Source: Desulfocapsa sulfexigens DSM 10523
Lineage (GTDB): Bacteria; Desulfobacterota; Desulfobulbia; Desulfobulbales; Desulfocapsaceae
Reading direction: 5' to 3'
Length of the DNA: 32,000 bases
Assembly (NCBI RefSeq): GCF_000341395.1
Contig: NC_020304.1
Location: 1,770,001-1,802,000 of the forward strand
Below, piece after piece: positions 17,611 through 27,497 of the stretch. The notes beneath the pieces are model-generated. The model did not search any database, was not told where the DNA came from, and saw only the letters and a list, made by a program, of their open reading frames with translations. Within the stretch, counting starts at the first letter, position 1. Every line of letters starts with the position of its first letter. The position numbers and the translations under genes were made by a program.

Positions 17611-18798
17611 CTACTGTGGGGAAAAGGAGCCATTGCGCCAATAGGGCGCGGCAATAGGGGATCCAAGGTTGTATCGTATGAGACGACTTCTGACTTGAAG
17701 AAGCTGGTCGATAAGATTTTTTTCAGTTTTTTCGTATGCCACCCTGTCATTGGTGCGTTTCACGACAATTCCCAGTAATTCTGTTATGGCGTTTCCAACA
17801 GAGTTTTGACTGATGGTTACAATCAGCCGTCCAGCATCATCGCGGTAAAGAAGTTGTTTGTATGCAGGGCGCCAGCGGATTTCATTGGCAAACAATGGGT
17901 CTTCGAGGACTTGGAGGCGTAGCATTCTCGCGGCACTGTGGAACTTGTTGCTGAACAACAGTATATTCTCGATCTGGTCCGGGTAACGGGCATCCCCTGG
18001 AATGGTGGTTGTGTTGGAGGCGACAAGGGAAAATAATGCTCGATAAAAGTCGAGAAACCCGAGGAGCACCATGTCATACTCTCTCCAGAATGAACCCTGC
18101 TTTAAGGCCTCCATTCCTCCCTGTACTTCCCAGCTTGGGAGTCCCTGAGGGTATCCAGTGCTTTTAAGCTTAGCCTGATTCGGCTCCATGGGTTTTAAGA
18201 TATGTAGATCCAGAACCTCAAGAAATTTGAGATACACATCACTCAGGTAGTCAAGGAATAGCCCATTAGTGCCACTGTCCGTAAGATTTGGGTTGTCATG
18301 GGCAGCAGGAGGGGCATTCTGGAGCGTTGTATTCTCAAATACCATAAAATGGTTATGGATCATACGGATGCTTGGAACCCCCGGTTTGCTGATGGGCCAG
18401 GTGGCGTCGAGGCTTGCTTCGCCGCAAAAAAGGAGATGGCGCTCAGGGTCGGGATATTTTTCCAGCATGTATTCAAAAACAACCTGTGTCATTCGGGAGA
18501 AGACGAGGTTTTCGTGGCTGCTGAGCTGGTCTCGTCGCACCGGGCGTCCAAGGGGGTCTAGGATGTTTTGTGAGGAATCCAGGATGATGGAGGTGTCAAA
18601 GAGATTGCTGTGTCCTATGGCCTTGCGGTAGAGGAGAAAATTCTCGGGTGTGCGGAGCAGACCGTTTTCACGTGCCAAGTGGCGCAGATTGCACGGGCTG
18701 TTAAAAAACTCGGTAGGGGTGATACCTTTTGGGATCTCAATGGGGATTTTACGATGCGGAGTCGTGACTTCGCGTGGAACACCTGCTGTTGAACCCAT
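17611..18798 (-). CDS. Conserved-looking hypothetical protein, family not recognised
   Basis: 395 aa with ATG start and a well placed GGAGG RBS (ccggaggacagtctccATG); no familiar motif, contains SIRMIHNHFMVFEN. Confidence 0.7.
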   Translation of the reverse strand: MGSTAGVPREVTTPHRKIPIEIPKGITPTEFFNSPCNLRHLARENGLLRTPENFLLYRKAIGHSNLFDTSIILDSSQNILDPLGRPVRRDQLSSHENLVFSRMTQVVFEYMLEKYPDPERHLLFCGEASLDATWPISKPGVPSIRMIHNHFMVFENTTLQNAPPAAHDNPNLTDSGTNGLFLDYLSDVYLKFLEVLDLHILKPMEPNQAKLKSTGYPQGLPSWEVQGGMEALKQGSFWREYDMVLLGFLDFYRALFSLVASNTTTIPGDARYPDQIENILLFSNKFHSAARMLRLQVLEDPLFANEIRWRPAYKQLLYRDDAGRLIVTISQNSVGNAITELLGIVVKRTNDRVAYEKTEKNLIDQLLQVRSRLIRYNLGSPIAAPYWRNGSFSPQ

Positions 18799-18909
18799 GG
18801 AGACTGTCCTCCGGAATATATGTCGGAAATGCGTATTCCCACCTCTACTGCAAGAGGCGGGAGTGTTCTTACGAATGGGAAGATAAGGTTTTGTAATGTT
18901 CCGTTGTTA

Positions 18910-20070
18910 TTATTTTCCTTTCTCTTTCTGGGCCTTGGCGTATGCCGTTGCTGCGCATTCATTTTTTCCGAGATCAAGCTCTTCTTCCTTGTCGATGTCG
19001 TACTGCTCAAGGTTTGCATTGGCAAGACGAATGAGTGCGTATTCTGCTGGCTGTTTGCGCATATTATCTTTGATATACTTGACAAAGTCTTTCTCTTCAA
19101 CCAGGGCAAAGACTTCTTTGTTGCGATCTTTCACCTCTCCAAAGGTCTGGCAGAAGATAAGGTCCGAATTTGCTTCACTCCAGTCCATGTAGTGTCCAGG
19201 AAGGACAAAAAGGGCGTCGTCAAGCTTTGCTACCTCACGAATAGTATTAAAAAGGAGAATGGCCCAGGAATCAACCTGTCCACCAAGGTCAGGTCGGCCA
19301 ATGGATTGAATCAGGACAGTGTCGCCTGAAAACATATAGGAGTTGTCTAGGATAAAGGTAACAGACCCAGGGGTGTGTCCCGGGGTGAACAGTGCCTTGA
19401 ACTCCGGGCCGCCGTTACTAAACGTATGGATTTCATTGTTGCTTAGCGGTGTATGGCCGGCTTTGGTCCCGTCAAAATCCTTGCCACCAAAAAATTCCGC
19501 TCCGGTCTGTTCGGCGATCTGCCGGGAACCCGATATGTAATCGGCCTGGAGGTGGGTCTCAAATGTTTTGGTGATTTTACAGTTCTTGGATTTGGCAAAA
19601 TCAAGATAGAAATCGACATTGCGGCTTGGGTCAACGAGCATCATTTCATCACCAGAAGAAATGCCATAACTGCAGGATGCCTTACCTGGGCGGATGAACT
19701 GGTAGAGATTGTAATCCTCACCTTCCCGAATGGTCATGGGGACAAGAAGGTTCCCCCATGTCTTGATGCCTCCGGTAAGATAGCGAACATCATCAAAACC
19801 ATGCTTGACCAGGATCTCTCCAACGTATTTTGCGGAACCCTCCTTGGCACAGACAATGCGCACTGCACGCCCTTTAGGGACTTTGGCAACGCTCTCATCT
19901 TCAATTTCCATAAAATCATAATAGGAGACGTTGATCATATCAAAGGAGTAGGGTGATTCAACCTGGAAACGATTGAAATCTTTTTCATTTCGTACATCGA
20001 GTACCAGAATGTCTTCTTTATCTGTAAGCCATTGAAAAAGGTCTTTTGCCTGGTAGGAAGAAAGTGTCAT
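18910..20070 (-). CDS. Rhodanese domain + metallo-beta-lactamase-fold domain fusion (persulfide dioxygenase-like)
   Basis: 386 aa; rhodanese part ILVLDVRNEKDF...VRIVCAKEGSAKYVGEILVKHGFDDVRYLTGGIKTW; MBL part FETHLQADYISGSRQIAEQTGAEF, LFTPGHTPGSVTFIL, MFSGDTVLI, VLPGHYMDW. Confidence 0.88.
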   Translation of the reverse strand: MTLSSYQAKDLFQWLTDKEDILVLDVRNEKDFNRFQVESPYSFDMINVSYYDFMEIEDESVAKVPKGRAVRIVCAKEGSAKYVGEILVKHGFDDVRYLTGGIKTWGNLLVPMTIREGEDYNLYQFIRPGKASCSYGISSGDEMMLVDPSRNVDFYLDFAKSKNCKITKTFETHLQADYISGSRQIAEQTGAEFFGGKDFDGTKAGHTPLSNNEIHTFSNGGPEFKALFTPGHTPGSVTFILDNSYMFSGDTVLIQSIGRPDLGGQVDSWAILLFNTIREVAKLDDALFVLPGHYMDWSEANSDLIFCQTFGEVKDRNKEVFALVEEKDFVKYIKDNMRKQPAEYALIRLANANLEQYDIDKEEELDLGKNECAATAYAKAQKEKGK

Positions 20071-20177
20071 GGGGTATTCCTGGATATAAGAGTTAAGAGT
20101 ATAGTATGTAAAATAGCTATTAATAACAGTAGTGTAATGGGAAAACTTACCATAAAGTACGCATTACCACAAGAAAA

Positions 20178-20200
20178 GGCTCATCCTATATGAGGTTTTT
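20178..20200. terminator. Possible weak bidirectional terminator between the convergently unrelated 20070 start region and yrfG stop
   Basis: aaaagg CTCAT cctat ATGAG gttttttt; 5-bp stem flanked by A-rich and T-rich runs, just 3' of the yrfG stop on the minus strand. Confidence 0.35.
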
Positions 20201-20201
20201 T

Positions 20202-20876
20202 TTAGAAAATGAGTTCATCGAAGTAGGTGATGGATGCATAGTCTGGGGAAAATTTGACTGGAATGCGTGAGCTGGGACGGGCTACGAAAATGGGGAATCC
20301 GATTCCGTATTGACTGGCGGAATGCAGTACTTTTGCTGTGTCATCGGCCAGGAGAGTGCTACTTTTACTGAAGCCAAGGTGATCCTCCAGTTTTTGCCAG
20401 AATTCAGGCTGTTCTTTGGCATAGCCTATTTCTTCTGCGCAAACGATTTGATCAAAATGTGATCCCAGTGCGGTTTTCTCCATCTTGATATGCAGCGTTT
20501 TTGAATGAGCATTGGTGACGAGATAGATTGTTTTGCCAATCTTCCGAGTGTAGTCTAGAAAATCTGTAACATAGGGATGAACCTTGATAAGGTGGTCGAC
20601 CTTGCATTTCAGCTCAGGAATATCAAGGTCAAGCTGTTCAGACCAATAATCAAGGTCACACCATTGCAGGGTGCTTTCCACCTTCTGATATCGCTGAAGA
20701 AGGACTTTTCTGGCTTCCTCCTCGGAAAGGCTGTTGTTTTTTGCAAAGATCTTCGGGATATATTCTTCCCAGAAATGATCATCAAAATATTTGTCCAGCA
20801 GGGTTCCATCCATATCAAGAAGGACGGTATCTATCTGAGACCAGGAGAAACTCGGGTGTATCTGCACATGTGTCAT
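20202..20876 (-). CDS. yrfG: HAD-superfamily hydrolase, GMP/IMP nucleotidase-like
   Basis: 224 aa; IDTVLLDMDGTLLDKYFDDHFWEEYIPKIFA, TIYLVTNAHSKTLHIKMEKTAL, typical of YrfG. Confidence 0.82.
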   Translation of the reverse strand: MTHVQIHPSFSWSQIDTVLLDMDGTLLDKYFDDHFWEEYIPKIFAKNNSLSEEEARKVLLQRYQKVESTLQWCDLDYWSEQLDLDIPELKCKVDHLIKVHPYVTDFLDYTRKIGKTIYLVTNAHSKTLHIKMEKTALGSHFDQIVCAEEIGYAKEQPEFWQKLEDHLGFSKSSTLLADDTAKVLHSASQYGIGFPIFVARPSSRIPVKFSPDYASITYFDELIF

Positions 20877-20887
20877 ATGAATCTCTT

Positions 20888-23800
20888 TTATTGTGTCAGT
20901 CCATTCAGTTCCGTTAATATATGTCGTAACACAGTAAACAGTCGTTCCGATGAGTCAATGCTGGCCGGGATAATTAACCTTCCATCGGGAGTGAGTCTTC
21001 GTGGAGGGGCCTTTCTCTTTTTACTGCCATTTTGGAGGTAGGCAAGAAGATTTCTGGGATCGAGAGGGGTGTTTTCTGTGAATGAGAACACAAAGGTATC
21101 CTTCCCCTTCTCGAGTTTACTGACCCCTAGCAGTGCCAGTTCTTTTTTGAGTGCGACAATCTTAAAAAGATTATGTGTTTCTTCGGGAACCGGCCCATAA
21201 CGGTCGTCAAGTTCCTCAAGCAGATCCTCATACATGCAGGTTTCGGCCATCGAGAGTGCAGAAATACGGCGATAGGCGACGTAGCGCTGGCTGATGTCCG
21301 GGATGTAGGTCTCGGGTATATAGGCGGATATCTGAAGGTTGATTTCTGCCTCTACCGTGTCATCTGAAATAGCGGTATCGCCGCCAGCTGCTGCTCGAGC
21401 CTTCATGTCAGCGACGGTTTTCTGCAGAAGGTCAAGATAGAGATCATAGCCTATGGCCGTTATGTGCCCGGATTGGGACACCCCGAGCAGATTGCCGCCT
21501 CCACGGATCTGCAGGTCACTCATGGCAAGTTTAAACCCGCCACCAAGCTCATTAGATTCCATCAGGGCCCGTAGTCTGTCTTTCGAGTCTTTGCTCAAAT
21601 TATCCAGTGATGGAACGAGTAAATAGGCAAAAGCCTGGGAAGATGACCTGCCAACCCGGCCGCGTAACTGGTAAATTTCGGCAAGGCCAAGGGTGTCTGC
21701 ACGGTTGATAATCATGGTGTTTGCAGATGGTATATCCAGGCCTGATTCGATAATTGTTGTCGCCACCAGAACATCGATCTCGCGGTTTACAAATCTTACC
21801 ATAATTTCTTCAAGTTCTTTGCCGTTCATCTGGCCATGTGCCACAGCAATACGGGCCTCGGGGACAAGTTCCTGCACCTTGCTTGCCATCCTGTAAATGG
21901 ATTTCACCCGGTTGTGAACAAAAAAGACCTGGCCTCCACGGCGTAGCTCTTTCAAGACAGCCTCTTTGATAACCAGGTCGTCATAGCGTGCGACAAAGGT
22001 TTTTACGGGCCTTCTATGTTCTGGCGGACTTGAAATGACAGAGAGATCACGGATGGAGAGGAGTGACATCTGCAACGTTCTTGGAATAGGTGTGGCTGTG
22101 AGGGTGAGGATATCCACCTCGGATTTTATTCGCTTGATCTTCTCCTTATGGCTAACACCAAAGCGGTGTTCTTCATCAATGATAAGGAGACCAAGTTCCC
22201 GATAGCTGACATCCTTGGAGAGGAGCCGATGGGTTCCTATGATAATATCAATCTCACCGGTTGCAAGTTCCTTAATGATCCGTTTCTGTTGAGCCGCAGT
22301 ACGAAAGCGGTTAATACATTCCACTGTAACCGGAAACCCCTGCATTCTTTCCCTGAAGGTTTTGGCGTGCTGTTCGGCAAGCACCGTAGTGGGGACAAGA
22401 ATGGCGACCTGTGCCCCGTCTTCAACAACCTTGAAGGCAGCCCGTACTGCAACCTCTGTCTTGCCATAACCAACGTCGCCACATACAAGGCGGTCCATGG
22501 GTTGATCGCTGGTGAGGTCACTTATGACATCGGTAATGGCTTTGTCCTGGCCAACGGTTTCATCAAAGGGGAAGGATTCTTCCAGTTCGTGGTAGAGTTC
22601 TCCTGGAGGAGAGAACCGTCTCCCTTCACGGAGTTCACGCCTGGCATAGATTTCAAGGAGTTCCTCAGCAACTTTCCATACTTCTTCCTTCACCTTAGCT
22701 TTGGCAGCGCGCCATGATGCGGTACCAAGCTTGTCAATACGCGGTGATTTGTCTGAAAGCCCTTCGTAGCGACTGATGAGATTAAGGCGGTCAACGGGAA
22801 GATAGAGTTTGTCACCATCCCGATATTCAATGCACATGTAATCATTGACCACTCCCTGCATGGTAAGCGTTGCCATACCAAGATAGAGGCCGAGGCCATG
22901 GTCACGATGGACAACCACATCACCGTCGTGGAGTTCGGTAAAACGGATGGACTCGCCAAGTTTTTCCTTTGTCTTCTTTTTGTTGCCAATGCGCATTTCC
23001 CCGAAGAGTTCACTTTCGGAGAGGAAGTGTATCGGGGGAGTGGTAAGGGAAAAGCCTTCACTTAGAGGCTGATCACAGAGGTAGAGGATGTCACAACCCG
23101 CGGTCCTTGAGATTGTCTTCAGGTCTATGGGACTTTCAAGAAGTTCGATAGTGTGTTGATGTCTTTCAAGCAGCTCCGCAAGCGTTTTAGTTTGACGCAG
23201 GGATCGGCAGCAGAGAACAACCGTGTCACCCTGATTTTGCCAGGAATGAATCTGGTCGGAAAGTGGCGGTACCAGTCCACGTTCCTTGCGTTGCAGGCTG
23301 ATATCCTGTTTCAGAATCTGGTGATTTGTGGCAGTTAGAGTGTGAAAATTGTTGATGTCCGTGGTGGTAGAACAGTGAAGATTTGCAAAAGAGGCCATCT
23401 TTTCCCTGGTTTCTTCAGGAGGAAGAAAAATCTGGTTTGGATCAAGCGCAGGGGTATGTAAGGATTTTGCCTCTTCATAATTGTTGTTGATCCGTTCCTG
23501 AACCACGGCACGGGCCTGCTCCTCCATTTCAGGGGAAAAATGAATTAAGCATGTGTCCTTGGGAAGAAAGTCAAAGAGGCTGCTGACAGACTCAGTGTCG
23601 GGATAGAAAACAGGCAGAAAAAATTCCATACCTGGAAAGCGCATAGCAGAAGCGATCCGATCTCGGATCTTCAGACTTTCGTCGCTTCCCCAGGCAAGTC
23701 TGCTACTTTCTTTATCGAAAGTATTCAGAATCTGCTTCATCCTGGTAGAAGAGGGGGATGGATAACTGATATCACTGGCCGGAAGGATAATGGCCTCATC

Positions 23801-24439
23801 TATTTCACAGATGGAGCGTTGACTGATTGGATTGAAACCACGGAGTGATTCAATGGTGTCACCAAAGAAGTCAAGGCGTATTGGGGACGTGTGAATTTCC
23901 TGGCCTGCCTGAAATGAAGGCGGGAAAATATCAATTATTCCTCCACGGATGGAATAGTCTCCGACGCTTTGAACGAGATTAACCTGTTCGTATCCGAGAT
24001 TATTCAGTTTTCGAAAAAGATCATCCCGGTCACATTCTTCACCAGAGAGAAGGAGTTCGGCATGAGCGAACAGAAATTTTGCGGGCATTGTACGCCGCAT
24101 CAAGGCTTCTGCTGAAACCACAAGAATGGAGTGGTTTTTTGCAACGGTCTCATGAAGACGGTACAGGGTTGATAATCTGGCTGCGGTGGTAAGCGGATCA
24201 GGTGAGAGTGGTGTGTAGGCGGGGATTTCGTAGCCGGGATAGGTGAGGACAGAACGGTTTGTGAAGAGTTTCAGATCCTCTTCAACCTGGACAACCATCT
24301 CCTCGTCGGGGACGATACAGCAGCATGTTTGCATTTCAGCTTGCAGTGCTGCCAGAAGAATTTTGGAGTTGCCACGCAGTGATGAACATGTGAGGGCAGT
24401 GCTACAGGGGATCGGGCCTGTTGAAAATGGAGTATGCAT
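20888..24439 (-). CDS. mfd: Transcription-repair coupling factor
   Basis: About 1183-1199 aa; DRLVCGDVGYGKTEVAVRAAFKVV, LLIIDEEHRFGVSHKEKIK, LTATPIPRTLQMSLLSIRDLSVI. Track start 24487 is a TTG; first ATG in frame is 24439. Confidence 0.97.
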   Translation of the reverse strand: MHTPFSTGPIPCSTALTCSSLRGNSKILLAALQAEMQTCCCIVPDEEMVVQVEEDLKLFTNRSVLTYPGYEIPAYTPLSPDPLTTAARLSTLYRLHETVAKNHSILVVSAEALMRRTMPAKFLFAHAELLLSGEECDRDDLFRKLNNLGYEQVNLVQSVGDYSIRGGIIDIFPPSFQAGQEIHTSPIRLDFFGDTIESLRGFNPISQRSICEIDEAIILPASDISYPSPSSTRMKQILNTFDKESSRLAWGSDESLKIRDRIASAMRFPGMEFFLPVFYPDTESVSSLFDFLPKDTCLIHFSPEMEEQARAVVQERINNNYEEAKSLHTPALDPNQIFLPPEETREKMASFANLHCSTTTDINNFHTLTATNHQILKQDISLQRKERGLVPPLSDQIHSWQNQGDTVVLCCRSLRQTKTLAELLERHQHTIELLESPIDLKTISRTAGCDILYLCDQPLSEGFSLTTPPIHFLSESELFGEMRIGNKKKTKEKLGESIRFTELHDGDVVVHRDHGLGLYLGMATLTMQGVVNDYMCIEYRDGDKLYLPVDRLNLISRYEGLSDKSPRIDKLGTASWRAAKAKVKEEVWKVAEELLEIYARRELREGRRFSPPGELYHELEESFPFDETVGQDKAITDVISDLTSDQPMDRLVCGDVGYGKTEVAVRAAFKVVEDGAQVAILVPTTVLAEQHAKTFRERMQGFPVTVECINRFRTAAQQKRIIKELATGEIDIIIGTHRLLSKDVSYRELGLLIIDEEHRFGVSHKEKIKRIKSEVDILTLTATPIPRTLQMSLLSIRDLSVISSPPEHRRPVKTFVARYDDLVIKEAVLKELRRGGQVFFVHNRVKSIYRMASKVQELVPEARIAVAHGQMNGKELEEIMVRFVNREIDVLVATTIIESGLDIPSANTMIINRADTLGLAEIYQLRGRVGRSSSQAFAYLLVPSLDNLSKDSKDRLRALMESNELGGGFKLAMSDLQIRGGGNLLGVSQSGHITAIGYDLYLDLLQKTVADMKARAAAGGDTAISDDTVEAEINLQISAYIPETYIPDISQRYVAYRRISALSMAETCMYEDLLEELDDRYGPVPEETHNLFKIVALKKELALLGVSKLEKGKDTFVFSFTENTPLDPRNLLAYLQNGSKKRKAPPRRLTPDGRLIIPASIDSSERLFTVLRHILTELNGLTQ

Positions 24440-24510
24440 GAGGGGTAAATAAAATTGCCGGCTGCATGGAGTGCATGCAGTCGGCAAAAAGAAAAAAATA
24501 TGTGAAGGTA

Positions 24511-24570
24511 CTTTTTACCCGTAAGGGGGATTGTACAGAGTACCGGTTTACTTTTTGTGTACCGGTCTTA
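24511..24570. promoter_or_regulatory. Copy A of a duplicated intergenic element containing two ACCGGT sites
   Basis: ctttttacccgtaagggggattgtacagagtACCGGTttactttttgtgtACCGGTctta, ACCGGT at 24542 and 24561. Confidence 0.5.
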
Positions 24571-27270
24571 GAAGGAACCACCAATGGAGAAATCCCATAC
24601 GGTGGTATCTTCATCAGGCTCGGGGTCGAGATTGTACCCCCAGACCAGTCGCAGAGGACCCATGGGAGATAACCAGCGGAATTCAATCCCTGTTCCCTTG
24701 TTGTAACTATCAAGATTCCAGTCTTCGTCATCAGCTACAACTTTACCGGCGTCAAGGAAGATTACACCTTGGACACCTGCCTCGGGCAGGAGAGGGAATA
24801 TGTATTCTAGATTGGTGTACCACATCTTGTCACCACCAATACGGTCTCCGGTCTCCGGATCAATGGGACTTGCTTTTCCGTATTCATATCCTCGAATGGT
24901 GTTTATGCCACCAAGGTAAAAACGTTCGTAAACCGGTAGTTTTCCAGTCTCGTTTTCCCATATTTGGCCGGCTGCTGCCTTAAAGTGAAAGACTGTGGTC
25001 CAGGGCATGGGAAAATACCAGCTGGTAAAGGCTTCGAGCTTGGTGAACTCAGCATCACCACCAAAAGGACCTCCAGCATATTTAACCGTAATAGAGTTTT
25101 CTGACCCTCTGCTGGCCCCGTTTATCCGGTCACGGGTATCACGAATTAGTCCAAATTTCACAGCACTGGTTACATTGATGTCCATGGAGTCGACGATGAT
25201 CTGGGATGCAAATTCAGACACATTGGAAAGTGTGGTGTCAGTATAGCTGTAGCTTCCATAGCCGCGCCATCTTTCAAAAAGTGGATATCCGAAACGAAGG
25301 GCACCTCCTCTTGAGTCCTTGTCGTAGTCGTCGTACTCCCGGAACCAGTTGAAAATGTCAGCACCCACCGAGAGATCAGAATCACGGAGATGAGGGTTGG
25401 TATAACTCAGATTGTAGCGGTTTGAGTTACCACTAATGTTGGCGGCAAGTGAAAGCCTGTCACCCCGGCCAAGGAAGTTGTTTTCGGAAATCTCACCCAT
25501 AAGCATGAGTGAATCGACAGAACTGTATCCGGCGCCGATGCTGAACTGTCCAGTGGATTTTTCCTTAACATTTACTGTAACGTTCATCTTTGACGGGTCA
25601 AGGGCCGGTTCCGGAACAATATTAACCTCTTCAAAAAAATCAAGACGCTGTAGGCGCTGGGTACTGATTCGGATGGCTTTAGAATCAAAAACACCACCTT
25701 CTGCAATTTTTAGCTCACGGCGGATAACATTGTCACGGGTACGGCTGTTACCCTTAATTGCAACTCGCTGGATATAAACAAGGTCACCTTTTTTAATATC
25801 AATAACGACATCGACCCTGGCACCGGTTGCTGAACGATTGGTCTTTGGTCGAATATCTGCAAAGGCAAAGCCCTGTTCAGAATAAAAATCTGTTAGTTTA
25901 AGGATGTCTTCGCGCAGAATCTGGCGGTTGATGAATTCCTCATTCTGAATTGTCAGGAGGCTGCGTAATTCCTGCTGGTCTACGATCAGGTCCCCTGTGA
26001 ATGATACGGTTCCAACTCTGTAGCGGGGGCCTTCTTCTATGGTGAATGTGATATATAACCAGTCATCTTCCTGGGTGACTGTTGGATTACCTATCTTTAC
26101 TTCGAGGAACCCCTGGTTGTTATAGAAGGATCCAAGTCTGGCCACGTCTTGAGCTAGCATCTGCTGCTTCATCAGTCCTGTCTCGGTGAGCCAGGAAAGC
26201 CAGTTTTTGGTACCCGACTCAATGACATCTTCAAGGTCATCGTCGTCGAAGCTCTTATTGCCGATAAAGTTGATTTCTTTAATATAAATTTTGTCACCCT
26301 CGACAATCACGTAGCGGAGTTCAGCGTGTTCGTCATCGGGATAGCTGATCTGGGCAGTAACGCTGGTATTGTAATAGCCTTTTGATTTGTAGAGAGCTTT
26401 TATGGCGTCAGCCCCGTTATTGATCTTGTTTGAATTAAGGATTGTATTTATACCGATATTTGCAGCTTCAGACACTTCGATTTCTGTGAGGGCATCGAGT
26501 CCTGAATATTCGATACTTCGGATTATGGGTTTCTCCGTTACTTCAAAGGTAACGATCTTTCCTGCTTCGCTTTCTTCCACTTCGATACGAACGTCTTCAA
26601 AGTAACCCATTTTGAAAATGGCTTTCAAGTCTTCCCGTAGAGTGGTTGGATTGTAAAAATCCCCTGACTTTGTTTTGATTTGGCGGGAAATGGCACCGGA
26701 GTCAATACGTTTGTTGCCGCTGGGGGTAATGGTTGCAATAATGAAATCTCTTTCGGTGTAGGAGATGACCTCTCCTATTACTTCTGAGAGAGTACCGCCA
26801 AGATTTTCCATGGATTCGCCATGGCGGTAGTAGTACTTTGGGGAACCGGGTGAGAGAAGGTCAAAAACCTTGTAGTCAATACTGATCTGTTCTCCAATGA
26901 CGGTGAGACTTCCAACGGCCACATAGTCGAGCCCTGTGGTTGCTGCAATTTTCTGGAGACTCTTGGCTTCGGGGGGCCAGACTCCGGCGTAACTGACAAG
27001 TTTTTCCGCCTCTTCCCGTGACATCATTGTAAAAGAAGTTGGGAAAAGAGCATTGGCAAGTGCACTGTCGGTTTGATCAGCAATGGTCTGTTGATCGGCA
27101 GGACTGTTAATTTTAAGTGGCAGGTAGGTTGTGTTTTGTTCAATTGCTGTTGCAAGTCCCGGAAAGAGAAGACACAACGAGGCAAGAAAAACGAGTAACA
27201 AGCTGGCTTGTTTATGTTTCTGTTTGGTGAATGGGTCGGAAGAGGCGATGACTTTTCTGCTGTGGCTCAT
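24568..27270 (-). CDS. bamA: Outer membrane protein assembly factor BamA (POTRA + beta-barrel)
   Basis: POTRA repeats, e.g. IRSIEYSGLDALTEIEVSEA; barrel start LGLRY-like DSLMLMGEISENNFLGRGDRLSLAANISG; FYLGGINTIRGYEYG; terminal F. Signal peptide fits a start at ATG 27270 rather than 27336. Confidence 0.94.
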   Translation of the reverse strand: MSHSRKVIASSDPFTKQKHKQASLLLVFLASLCLLFPGLATAIEQNTTYLPLKINSPADQQTIADQTDSALANALFPTSFTMMSREEAEKLVSYAGVWPPEAKSLQKIAATTGLDYVAVGSLTVIGEQISIDYKVFDLLSPGSPKYYYRHGESMENLGGTLSEVIGEVISYTERDFIIATITPSGNKRIDSGAISRQIKTKSGDFYNPTTLREDLKAIFKMGYFEDVRIEVEESEAGKIVTFEVTEKPIIRSIEYSGLDALTEIEVSEAANIGINTILNSNKINNGADAIKALYKSKGYYNTSVTAQISYPDDEHAELRYVIVEGDKIYIKEINFIGNKSFDDDDLEDVIESGTKNWLSWLTETGLMKQQMLAQDVARLGSFYNNQGFLEVKIGNPTVTQEDDWLYITFTIEEGPRYRVGTVSFTGDLIVDQQELRSLLTIQNEEFINRQILREDILKLTDFYSEQGFAFADIRPKTNRSATGARVDVVIDIKKGDLVYIQRVAIKGNSRTRDNVIRRELKIAEGGVFDSKAIRISTQRLQRLDFFEEVNIVPEPALDPSKMNVTVNVKEKSTGQFSIGAGYSSVDSLMLMGEISENNFLGRGDRLSLAANISGNSNRYNLSYTNPHLRDSDLSVGADIFNWFREYDDYDKDSRGGALRFGYPLFERWRGYGSYSYTDTTLSNVSEFASQIIVDSMDINVTSAVKFGLIRDTRDRINGASRGSENSITVKYAGGPFGGDAEFTKLEAFTSWYFPMPWTTVFHFKAAAGQIWENETGKLPVYERFYLGGINTIRGYEYGKASPIDPETGDRIGGDKMWYTNLEYIFPLLPEAGVQGVIFLDAGKVVADDEDWNLDSYNKGTGIEFRWLSPMGPLRLVWGYNLDPEPDEDTTVWDFSIGGSF

Positions 27271-27497
27271 GTGTTGTCCTGTTTCTCTATAAGGAAATGA
27301 TTTGTCTTGTGGGCAGGAAGCCTGTCCGCATTTCATAACATTCTCAGGTGTGACTGAACTTAAGAAAACCGATTACTACTTTAAAAATTTCATACTATGC
27401 CATGTTTAGTCTTTTTTGCAAAGGGCGCAAAGCTATAAAGAGGGAAAAAGAACAGGATCCTTTGGTTATGTTTGCTGGTGGTGGCTTTTTTATTTCA

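Noticed and set aside
18615-19329. ORFs 18615..19109 (-) and 18820..19329 (+), more than 160 aa each
   Set aside because: They overlap the strongly supported rhodanese-MBL gene and the 395-aa gene in other frames; composition is not protein-like.
22148-24983. Long plus-strand ORFs antisense to mfd and bamA (e.g. 22148..22717, 24531..24983)
   Set aside because: Shadow ORFs of highly conserved minus-strand genes; no independent motif.
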